Below the pieces are notes generated by a model. It did not search any database, was not told where the DNA came from, and saw nothing but the letters and a program-made list of their open reading frames with translations. A stretch of 32,118 nt of DNA, taken from positions 1-32,118 of IMG/VR virus record IMGVR_UViG_3300006919_000230. One strand, given 5' to 3'. The stretch comes from a virus (taxonomy: Duplodnaviria > Caudoviricetes). The position numbers and the translations under genes were made by a program. Positions 26,701-32,118 of the stretch are shown piece after piece (within the stretch, counting starts at the first letter, position 1; every line of letters begins with the position of its first letter).

Positions 26701-27236
26701 GGTTGATCGGTCAGTTCCGGTCGTTTGCGGTCGCGGCGCAGTCCCGCGTGACCATGCAGGGCGTCCAGCAGAGAGACGCGGCAACGCTGATCGGGCTCAC
26801 GGGCATGATAGCCGCTGGTTCCCTCTCGTATTCTCTAAAGCAGCAGGTCGCGGGGCGTGATGTGAAGACGGACGCCTACACATTGATCAAGGAGGGGATT
26901 GATAGATCCGGTGCCTTCGGCTGGGCTTTCGACGCGCACAACACGCTAGAGAAGGCAACTCGCGGAACTATTGGGCTGTCCGCTCTTGATGACGGCCCTG
27001 GCATGTCGCGCTATGCTAGTCGGAACGCTGTCGGGTCTATCTTGGGGCCAACAATGGGCTTGCTGACTGATATGTTTTCCGCCTCCGGTGCCGCGTTCAG
27101 TGGTGACTTTAGCCGAGGGGATATCACTGCATTCCGCAAACTTCTTCCTTTGCAGAATCTGTTCTACATACGGACGCAGTTAAATAAGTTACAAGAAGGC
27201 GTGGGCGACGAGCTTGGCCTAGCCAAAACGGGATAA
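17718..27236 (+). CDS. Giant internal virion protein / large polyvalent protein (ADP-ribosyltransferase, HhH-like, metal-binding and zincin modules)
   Basis: 3172-aa uninterrupted ORF in the T7 gp16 position. Gly/Ala hydrophobic N-terminus; FRAWFG..FYHGT..GKGIYLT..GFDGV ART-PolyVal signature; HEGAH at 22962-22976; helical C-terminus with QFRSF and GSILGPT. Confidence 0.9.
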   Translation: MAFYSAKNIIEGQGGQAPAPVPEEQSFWSPKGSFFSEVLPAAWATENPGGALASSLRYRGGASQIDLEYDPFEASRISGYEQFADSFVGVNNDTELTAMKAELDRYRKHQKTLDEGGWMGMAAVLLSAAASPTMLLPGGQIYRGLKVGQAAWRTGLSTAAWGGAGAAIDEAILYGAQPGRSQLEALIGTASGALLGGALGAGIGAFASRSARSQARLAALPNIARTQEHDAAVKAFQSDLMEQASRSSSLPEDQIEASIELLTRQYEAAVVRSGMPFDEFRAAYPLEIRDGRIVSTSTVKSVDEGGTPGFAPSSRAVDDLQAKVDDLEAKAKPDPDGVTYNQDGRVKTETPEFRAWFGEGKLLDPETGEPSTFYHGTPRDFDGFDTSAATERDGGFYGKGIYLTDDADEAFDYSLNDQGEDVGRVIEAHVKMERPFEFDLSEEGWPATRARLSEAGFKSADRADNRHSYNLISSESDRFSAWAKENGFDGVVVRTDRGISEVVAFDPTQIKSVNNRGTYDPSDPRILYQGATESPLSKAREMAATKVYPTGREFKVSLQEAALAAQREEGIDLSDLTPENIRRLADMLKSDAIEALQDNVNAIGWYDRTVTAALESVAELYPEVATNLVNKLQFIWALAVTSNGLKVDKNFEIAGKAYEALQTTGSFPTNAGIGDAASAINSGLGMYHKMLARFDGDHAKLVDFMNKKTTVREIEAEYDVKISGEGKDTLVRGASILGPKIGNGFFSNLYGNFDELTMDRWLMRTVGRWRGTLIKRNAAMEAKKRAQITALFSVASPDELRQMRALYKGTGARIATRMTKAEIDVLAAVTKKASMDPAWRERLNAVDGGALLRKAANGLYGYLDGQVEAPSGPRERTFIRAVFTKALGELNDSPEMRQLSNAKLTMSDLQALLWYPEKRLYDSAKGNAEGARGYADDDAPDYANAARKYVNNRLGRSGTPGRPGEPDTLGGTGRVRDGKLAEGQEGPLTLNQGEVDGVFGPERGPGRGGRSPGPGGGAAELYAAAPPTRAEPLPSATKIGGKPFGPIIGLVDAAERYAAKHGIELRRQGEFVSIDEARSRRIADAYDAMPHAPGDPRVQASYRAMINQVDDQYQQLIDDGYEFYLMDPASDPYNGNPWEAMRDLRDNKRMAVFPTGDGFGTDADFDPADNMLMEFSGREMRDAKTGDMVEVRANDLFRAVHDAFGHGLEGSGFRARGEENAWQAHSRLFTGDAVGAMTSETRGQNSWLNYGPHAEANKTAKVEDTVFANQKMGLMPEWTWAEGRSPDAALPLAPSDGPNILYQSAADAAPDMENGGAEIDGRLFVAHNLSIGKLLHADKMGGLPMPSLAVTRADVGFDDFGEVSLIGAPDLVDPKAKGVGIYDADVYTPRYPSIDYTTNRKALDALEADITAAVERAGLDPKQVAMRVDLESDGLKWFSSDHAVRILYLDERGIEVPLREPGRADTTELHNIVDGRRDDFDEWLDGRTEGLIDKERIFKGFTNARNRRYAPHTIDNVLKDMKSRLKEGEGFNYGAGTIRSKHAKKFKNLKDVMADRDRIVTEAEIKDMKDEFQQRIMDMAESARDYYKFDKKSFSYIDDFSDVMAEMASKGPRALDEIFDDLPAEIKTDIVQYLNDLRLAPTQYFEAKLNRIVTLDEFDAAVVPHDLPAKARAVLERAGLRIEEYASDAERRVDVTKHEHLLFQSKVGDPAVGAQKKNAPRAQIQLPSVDDPRAIITMFNGADASSLAHEGAHFFLNLYEGLAARTGAADDVVADVAAIRKWLGATDGEALTRAQHEQWASGFEQYMRTGKPPKPELQGLFNKFRGWLVEIYEDAKALGVKISPEIEAAMGRMMVVERKAAMDAEQARFTGEVASAERSDVEDGNAVPGAERPPANDNGGSGSALDQSRPNLSDAEMDNLVRQGHSMSVIARQIGDPIAWLETSPSALSQRLAHSMAETSGMRESHVRGEVDADLPVETLIRPWRARAIAGKRVMELEFMKHRKMSVDAFAGDAVREGRIALRMVLDARGAPDGFMTKTDFNRAVGQAVRHGVETAENAEIKAAAEFYRDHVYLPGLKAAIEAKLLPDHILTESDAMKYLNRVYDTAKIVDKRPRFVEMAADYLEEDQATKRALIDRAMVLDVEQSALDVTGKTISQKMVAAQKAQGILQARLTEARMSDNRNTARSAFLAEKLSDIDADIARMKAELAAMRGDARADKAEVDALNREIGALEALKKKASAGDAEALGMDTSEAMDVIRSDDQLFGAFKVLSGRKQAPKLRTLLSDLRAGGGLTDVGGELAALGITSRTHPGLINKNGLSLEDSAGEFLMERGYHGLDPQQVGGIQDKLVEMIRRELEGNPTISPGNRQEDLLVVEYVQALEEAAGQAGIDLSDPVAFHRFIANLDSDRAGQGPTLEDLDIEIEAMQKAGADPVEPVEGGADNLRTRQSALSAMRATIKKAVEAKKRAVANRRPAAARSAERGMEARAASRRTDTLTARLDAVEERMGDLDAEQRAHDDAVAGLRASKEAIVGSWQGNTAESAQAALKARYAAEDARSEKIARGESRRYADVGDAPRLRSADDAVDQAIKRMIASRETKDMSRAELNDIASEIANRIVGTPDGRLPYDRFTKEDGDEASRVSGYGASDKAGQRGSTMARVWAIPDDFVSRSGIRYDEFLEQDIELTSTIYTNTMGPDVEFAKRFGVPGESGRWMEKEIKAVEADYDAKMGAPGLSVQDMNRLQTRKETDIKSVAGIRDRLRGVYALPAEPQGWAYRAQNVALSWNYMRLLGGMTLSAIPDMFHIVMLNGFKRSGLVPALQAVVSKEARGMMLEELQAFNVADDIMSSSRVQTVADFNLQHHRLTKGERAVQGGTAVFTKLSLMNYWNQYAKNMAGIVTWSRMLPALRQMAAGTASPKDAAKLAQMGIDAGWARRMVGMLDRHGEDVGGTTMPNGERWQDADAANRLRGALAAEVDRMIVTPGQERPLWMSRNGWRLIGQFRSFAVAAQSRVTMQGVQQRDAATLIGLTGMIAAGSLSYSLKQQVAGRDVKTDAYTLIKEGIDRSGAFGWAFDAHNTLEKATRGTIGLSALDDGPGMSRYASRNAVGSILGPTMGLLTDMFSASGAAFSGDFSRGDITAFRKLLPLQNLFYIRTQLNKLQEGVGDELGLAKTG
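20518..20682 (+). CDS. Candidate overprinted small acidic protein (+1 frame inside the giant gene)
   Basis: ATG 20518 with GGGAG at 20504-20508 (alternative ATG 20479); 54 aa containing DWDEAERLDDLENPTRSEEQDEFEMENWLKARKAR; the host frame here is a G/R/P-rich linker. Confidence 0.45.
   Translation: MRTTTHQTTPTPPENTSTIDWDEAERLDDLENPTRSEEQDEFEMENWLKARKAR
20704..20934 (+). CDS. Candidate overprinted small protein (+1 frame inside the giant gene)
   Basis: AAGGAG at 20692-20697, 6 nt before ATG 20704; begins MAYSDPNADLDEEDDPQGRGEARRNYMLLRRRRG; starts 21 nt after the stop of the previous nested ORF. Confidence 0.5.
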   Translation: MAYSDPNADLDEEDDPQGRGEARRNYMLLRRRRGPSPSQARPKSEASPSAPSSASSMPQSDTPPNTASNSGDKANL

Positions 27237-27249
27237 GAGGACGGAACCT

Positions 27250-29781
27250 ATGCCGAGTACACAGACGGACAGGATTGACGGCCTGACCACATCCGTAGCG
27301 GTTAAAGCTCCTGCGGTCGTCGCCACAACCGCGAACATCACGCTATCTGGCCTGCAAGTCATTGATACAGTGACGGTGACGACTGGCGATAGGGTGCTGG
27401 TCTGGCAGCAGACCGATGGGGTTGAGAACGCGATATATGAGGCCAATACCAGTAGCTGGGTTCGCGCGGCTGACTTCAACGGGGCTAGAGACGCGGTCCA
27501 AGGCACAAGCGTTCGGGTGGCACAGGGGGCGACCTACGCAAAAACAGAGTTTACGCTCAGAACGGTTAACCCGACAATTGGGTCGGACGCGCTGACGTTT
27601 GAGGTTGTTGAACGTGATGCCATCGGTGACATCATCATTGTTGACACAGAGATAACAGTCGGGGCGGCTGGTGATTACACCACGATGCAGTTGGCGCAAG
27701 ATTGGCTTGAGGCCCGACGGATTAGCCCTAGCGCCACGGTTACTGTCACGGTTTTGGGCGAGGTGCTTACTGTCGCTGGCGACATTCTCAATTCCTCGCA
27801 TCCTGATTCTTCCCGCATTCAGTATCGTGGGCAGACGCCCATCAGCACGACGCTAACGGATATCGTATCGGTAACGGGCTCGGCGGGGGCTTGGTCCGTC
27901 ACTGGGACGTTGGCTGATGCTACAGGCATCGGCGTGGGTGATGTCCTCCGGGTAGAGGATGTCCAGCCGGGTGTAGCTCTACCTGGGGCTTACGCGGGGC
28001 GTCCCGTCGCTGGTGCTATGCACCTTGGCTTTTTCCAAATGGGGGCGCTGACTACATCCGGCACATCAGCCACCATTACGGATGATGGCACGACATACAT
28101 GGCAGATGGCGATCTTGTGTTCGTTCAAGGGCAGGTGCGAAAAATATCGTCTCTTGCGGCCAGTTCTTTTACACTGTCCTCGGCGTTCGCCGGAGATATT
28201 GGCGCGGTGCAGTACTGGTTCCATCTTCGCCCTGGCACTGGGACAGTTGCCATTTCTGGCACCGCCGTTACGGGAACCGGCACGGCATTCTTGACGGAGT
28301 ACAATGTTGGGGATTTGATCTTTGCTGACGGTGCGGCCTGTGTCGTCGTGTCAGCGATTGCTGACGATACGAATATGACCTTGGCTGAGTCCATGACTGT
28401 CGGCTCTGGTGCTGCTCATGGCCCGCTAACCTTGGGCGAATACCATGAGGGGGGTTGGGAGGTCACGGCGGTTTCCGGTAACGATGTGACATGGACGCAT
28501 ACCGGCCAGAGTGCCTACGCGCCGCCAATCCAGAACATCACAAGCGGGAACATCAAGGCACTTACATCCGTGTTGAAGACGACGGGTGGTGATGGCTTCA
28601 CGGTTGACCGTGGTTCGCTCGACATAAACAATTTGGCTATCGTCGGCGGAACCGGGACAGCCACCATAGGCTTAGATTGCCGAGGCGATGGTAATAGGTT
28701 CGCCGGTGAAATTTCACTTGGCAGCGCCACGGCAGTTCTTGGGTTCGGTTATGGCGCTTGGTCAGCCTCTGGCTGCATGCTGTACGCTAAGGACGGTATG
28801 TTTACGGGCGCTTCTTACCGGGGCCTTAATGTAACTGAGGGCGGGCAAGCATGGCTTGAAGGGGCAGCTATTAACGGCAACGTCGGCATCGGCGTTCTTT
28901 GCGGGACTGGCGCATATACGCGGCTTTCCGCGACTCGCATGATGGGCAATTCTACGCAGGGCTATCGCAGCGAAGTGGGCGGGTCTTGCTGGATGGACTT
29001 CGGGCATGTGACCAAGAATGGGGCTGACGGCTGCTATATCGTTGGCGCTGCGCTGGTTCACCTTATCGGGACTCGAATGATTGGCAATGCCGGTGGCGGG
29101 GTTAACGCGTCGAATGGCTGTTATGGCCGGGCGACGGGCTTGATATCGCTTGGTAATGCGGCGACCGGGGTTTCCTTTACTCAATCGTTTATGGAGTGCA
29201 ACCAGACAAACCTAGTTGGGAACGGTTCTCGTGGCGCATCCGTAACACGGTGCATGGTTTCCTTCGAGGAAAGTGGATCCAGCTTCAATGGGAGCGATGG
29301 TTATTATTCATCTCTCGGGGCCACAATCAACGCCACAGCAGCGCAAAGTGTCGATAATGTCGCCACAGGATTTAAAGCCGTTACAGGCGGGCTGATACAG
29401 GCGGTGAGTTCTGTCTCTACAGGCAACGCGACACAGCATGACCCAGATATTGACACTGATCCTGCGAGCGGTTCCAGGGTTTCAGTGTCGCCCAGTACAA
29501 CGCTGATTACCCCAAAGGCTTTATATCTGACTGAGGTATTCGATGTAGGAAGTTGTGCGGCCAACGCTACAACGACTCAGGCCCGCACTTTCACCGGGGC
29601 GCTTATCAGTGATTGCTTGGCTTGGAGTTGCAATTCGACAATTCCAGCGGGGGTGTCGGTCGTAGTTCATATAACGGGCACGAACACGCTCACGATCAGC
29701 GTGACAAATCATACTGCTGGAGCGATTAGCTTTGGCAACAGAACTTGGACCTATATGGCACTGCGGCTCGACGGATCATAA
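27250..29781 (+). CDS. Tail fibre / tailspike with right-handed beta-helix region
   Basis: N-terminal VATTANITLSGLQVID..GDRVLVWQQTD..N.IY virion-attachment module; GN-x-x-x-G periodicity at about 28600-29440; SD GAGGA. Confidence 0.85.
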   Translation: MPSTQTDRIDGLTTSVAVKAPAVVATTANITLSGLQVIDTVTVTTGDRVLVWQQTDGVENAIYEANTSSWVRAADFNGARDAVQGTSVRVAQGATYAKTEFTLRTVNPTIGSDALTFEVVERDAIGDIIIVDTEITVGAAGDYTTMQLAQDWLEARRISPSATVTVTVLGEVLTVAGDILNSSHPDSSRIQYRGQTPISTTLTDIVSVTGSAGAWSVTGTLADATGIGVGDVLRVEDVQPGVALPGAYAGRPVAGAMHLGFFQMGALTTSGTSATITDDGTTYMADGDLVFVQGQVRKISSLAASSFTLSSAFAGDIGAVQYWFHLRPGTGTVAISGTAVTGTGTAFLTEYNVGDLIFADGAACVVVSAIADDTNMTLAESMTVGSGAAHGPLTLGEYHEGGWEVTAVSGNDVTWTHTGQSAYAPPIQNITSGNIKALTSVLKTTGGDGFTVDRGSLDINNLAIVGGTGTATIGLDCRGDGNRFAGEISLGSATAVLGFGYGAWSASGCMLYAKDGMFTGASYRGLNVTEGGQAWLEGAAINGNVGIGVLCGTGAYTRLSATRMMGNSTQGYRSEVGGSCWMDFGHVTKNGADGCYIVGAALVHLIGTRMIGNAGGGVNASNGCYGRATGLISLGNAATGVSFTQSFMECNQTNLVGNGSRGASVTRCMVSFEESGSSFNGSDGYYSSLGATINATAAQSVDNVATGFKAVTGGLIQAVSSVSTGNATQHDPDIDTDPASGSRVSVSPSTTLITPKALYLTEVFDVGSCAANATTTQARTFTGALISDCLAWSCNSTIPAGVSVVVHITGTNTLTISVTNHTAGAISFGNRTWTYMALRLDGS

Positions 29782-29784
29782 GGG

Positions 29785-30138
29785 ATGGATGATATGAAGA
29801 TTCAATGGGACTACAGCTTTACAACGACCGATGAAGCCGGACGCACGGATGTCGTCAAACAAGTTAATTATTGTTGCGTGGCTTCGGACGGCGGTTATGA
29901 GGGAGTAGAGCATGGCATCGTTCGTATGCCTTCTCCGGGCCAGGAGTTCACAGACTTCACAAATTTAAGTGAAGCCCAGGTGTGCAAATGGGTGGAGGAT
30001 ATTCGGTGCAAAGACTTCATTGATGCTGGCGGCAATGCTGCGAAATACATCACTACAGAAGACGCGGCTCGTTTGAAGCTCAAGAAAAAAGCGGATGCGC
30101 CTGTGATTAAAACAAAACCAGCCCCTTGGCGGGCCTAG
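29785..30138 (+). CDS. Tail-fibre-associated small protein (chaperone-like)
   Basis: DVVKQVNY..FTDFTNLSEAQVCKWV..PAPW pattern is typical of small genes that follow phage fibres. Confidence 0.7.
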   Translation: MDDMKIQWDYSFTTTDEAGRTDVVKQVNYCCVASDGGYEGVEHGIVRMPSPGQEFTDFTNLSEAQVCKWVEDIRCKDFIDAGGNAAKYITTEDAARLKLKKKADAPVIKTKPAPWRA

Positions 30139-30159
30139 TCAGAAAAAGGAGCCATATCA

Positions 30160-30537
30160 ATGGCAACGGTAACTCACGCTTTGAACCTCGCGCCGACACC
30201 GGACATCGGCAGCGGGACCATCGGCCACACAGTCACCTGGGAAACTCTTACCAGCAGCAATGCAGACGGGGAGGGCTTCCGGCTTGGTGGTGAAATTCTC
30301 GACGCCAATGTCCAAATCTTCGGCACTTTCGATGGTGCGACAGTACAGGTGCAGGGATCAAACGATGATGGCACCACTTGGGCGCAGCTTCGTGACTTGT
30401 CGGGCGCCCTGATTGCGATCACGGCGGCTGATATTGTTGAGCTTTTGGAGCGTCCAGATAAAATCAGGATACTCACATCGGGCGGCGGCGGGTCTCAGGA
30501 CATCGATGTGGTGGCCATGATCCGCGTGTCATACTGA
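30160..30537 (+). CDS. Hypothetical beta-sandwich virion protein
   Basis: SD AAGGAG; VQIFGTFDGATVQVQGSNDDGTTW motif; TGATG coupling to the next gene. Confidence 0.75.
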   Translation: MATVTHALNLAPTPDIGSGTIGHTVTWETLTSSNADGEGFRLGGEILDANVQIFGTFDGATVQVQGSNDDGTTWAQLRDLSGALIAITAADIVELLERPDKIRILTSGGGGSQDIDVVAMIRVSY

Positions 30538-31265
30538 TGGGGGCGGCGAACCTACGTCGTAGGCGGGCAGCGGCTGATCAGTATCTTGCTGTCGGGGCGA
30601 GCTTCGATGGGACGAATGACTATATCGAAGTCAATCCTTCGTCGAACAATGCTGACGCCACGCGACAGGTGGTGTCTTTTTGGTTTCGTGTATTGGGTGG
30701 AGCGGGAACATCGCGTTACATCGGTCAAGCCGTGTCGTCTCGTTGGTACTCTAATCTGGCTGCGTCCGATAAGATCATCACGCAGGCTCGCAATTCTTCG
30801 AATACTGTTATCTGGCGGTGGGACACAACCGCTACATTCACAGATAGCAATTGGCATCATATATTTACCTACATGGATACGACTGGCGCTGACGAGTCGC
30901 TGCTGTATATCGACGGCGTGGCAGACGCTGGGTCTATCAGGACTGAAATTGCAGGCACAATGAATTTGTCGGTCACGCGCTGGTCAGTCGGGTCGCTCGT
31001 GGGCGGCTCGTTTCGTTCGCCGGTTGATGTTGCTGAATGGTGGATGGGTGATCCTGGGCGGGCTGTTACTCCTGACGATGTGAAGTCGTTTATTCGGGGT
31101 GGCAAGCCTGTTAGGTTGGGCACAGCGGGGCAGAAGCCATTCGGGGTTACGCCGCCTTTCTATCTTAATGGCGACCAGACTGACTTCCATGTTAATCGTG
31201 GCGACGGTGGCAATTACGCGGTGACGGGGGCTTTGACGAGCGTTCAAGAACCGATCAGGTTATAG
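30537..31265 (+). CDS. LamG/concanavalin A-like lectin domain protein
   Basis: SFDGTNDY, VVSFWFR, SNWHHI and LYIDG are LamG-like signature motifs. Confidence 0.8.
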   Translation: MGAANLRRRRAAADQYLAVGASFDGTNDYIEVNPSSNNADATRQVVSFWFRVLGGAGTSRYIGQAVSSRWYSNLAASDKIITQARNSSNTVIWRWDTTATFTDSNWHHIFTYMDTTGADESLLYIDGVADAGSIRTEIAGTMNLSVTRWSVGSLVGGSFRSPVDVAEWWMGDPGRAVTPDDVKSFIRGGKPVRLGTAGQKPFGVTPPFYLNGDQTDFHVNRGDGGNYAVTGALTSVQEPIRL

Positions 31266-31274
31266 GGGATAGAC

Positions 31275-31568
31275 ATGGGCAAACGCTGGCTGCATCTCGA
31301 CAAAGAAACCCACGATATTGCTATTGGAAAATGTCGCCATCGGCACGGCTTGCAGAAGCGTGGATCATTGTCTGTCATTTTTAATCTTGCCGGGACTGAG
31401 TGCCTGATTAAAGTCGCGGGCGCTAATAAGACGTGGCGAAAGAAGCAATCATGGATGAAGGATGTTATCGGCATCTATGACCATAGCGATCATTACAAAG
31501 CGATTGCTCTGGTGAAGGGGCCTCTTTGGGAAGCGGTGGATGTGGCTGACGCTGGTGACGGGCGATGA
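31275..31568 (+). CDS. Hypothetical basic protein
   Basis: 97 aa, SD-like AGGGG, ATGA overlap with the next gene. Confidence 0.6.
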   Translation: MGKRWLHLDKETHDIAIGKCRHRHGLQKRGSLSVIFNLAGTECLIKVAGANKTWRKKQSWMKDVIGIYDHSDHYKAIALVKGPLWEAVDVADAGDGR

Positions 31569-31834
31569 CAGAGGAAAGCAACGCGATCCGGGTGAAAGCC
31601 TTAGAAGATAAAGTGGTGAGCTTGGAAAAATGGCAAAGCGTGATGATTACGCGGGACGCGGTTGCAAAGGTTGACCGTCAGCATATGGACAAGCGCTTCG
31701 ACGCCGTTGAAAAGCGCCTGGACGCATCGGACACGAACGCCAAGAACTTTTTTAAGCTGATTGCGGGCGCGATTATCCTGGCGGCTGTCGCTTGGGTACT
31801 CAATGGCGGGCTAGCCGGAGGTGGTTCGGTATGA
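31565..31834 (+). CDS. Coiled-coil protein with C-terminal transmembrane helix (XhlA/holin-like)
   Basis: Heptad-like N-terminus followed by hydrophobic FFKLIAGAIILAAVAWVL; located after the tail genes. Confidence 0.65.
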   Translation: MTEESNAIRVKALEDKVVSLEKWQSVMITRDAVAKVDRQHMDKRFDAVEKRLDASDTNAKNFFKLIAGAIILAAVAWVLNGGLAGGGSV

Positions 31835-32118
31835 TCAGCGAAAAAGAAGTGCGCCAATCAACGCTGGTTACCTGGGCCGCGCTAATGCTGGTGATATTTT
31901 TCAGCATTAGCGTTGGCCCATTCATCGAACGGTTCATCCCGCCGATCAATAATTTTGAGATCATTAGCGACCAGCAGTCTGATACTGGCACGGAGATATA
32001 CGTGTCGTTCGAAAAGGTGTGGTGTAAGTTTCGGGGCATCCATTGGAACCATCCGACGACCGGCCAACGGGTGCTGATAGAGTTTCCGCCGCAGGATGCC
32101 GTTGCTCCACCAAACCGC
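31831..32118 (+). CDS. Membrane-anchored hypothetical protein, truncated by the window end (absent from the ORF track)
   Basis: SD GGAGGT 31817-31822 and ATGA overlap; reads MISEKEVRQSTLVTWAALMLVIFFSISVGPFIERFIPP... with no stop before 32118. Confidence 0.7.
   Translation, partial: MISEKEVRQSTLVTWAALMLVIFFSISVGPFIERFIPPINNFEIISDQQSDTGTEIYVSFEKVWCKFRGIHWNHPTTGQRVLIEFPPQDAVAPPNR

Noticed and set aside
27250-31265. Diversity-generating retroelement, given the BPP-1-like gene order
   Set aside because: No reverse transcriptase ORF is present and I saw no template/variable repeat pair differing at adenines.
1-32118. Amber stop-codon reassignment (alternative genetic code)
   Set aside because: Only one internal TAG is evident, TAG terminates several tightly packed genes, and long ORFs are open under the standard code.

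Overview
The window is the virion morphogenesis (late) region of a GC-rich tailed dsDNA phage or prophage, with every credible gene on the + strand. The gene order is podovirus-like (T7/BPP-1/HTVC010P type): terminase small subunit, three inserted genes, terminase large subunit, portal, Bbp19-like protein, scaffold, major capsid protein, tail tubes A and B, GNAT/gp13-like protein, three internal (ejected) virion proteins, tail fibre/spike, LamG protein and membrane/lysis-type genes. Five observations stand out. (1) The 3172-aa internal virion protein carries four tandem effector-like modules and a HExxH zincin, separated by a recurring x-[LY]-[NYF]-Q|[GSD] motif, which suggests an injected, possibly self-processed polyprotein. 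(2) Two small acidic ORFs, each with a Shine-Dalgarno-like site, are overprinted in the +1 frame inside that gene at a module junction and are candidate nested antidote genes. (3) The major capsid gene (7552-8379) is interrupted by one in-frame TAG at 7705-7707. (4) Structured leaders precede the capsid gene (two hairpins with 7-nt complementary loops) and the terminase small subunit gene. (5) The 1394-aa transglycosylase protein has a repeat-bounded insert and a C-terminal HExxH module. All family assignments come from motif recognition and synteny; no database searches were run.
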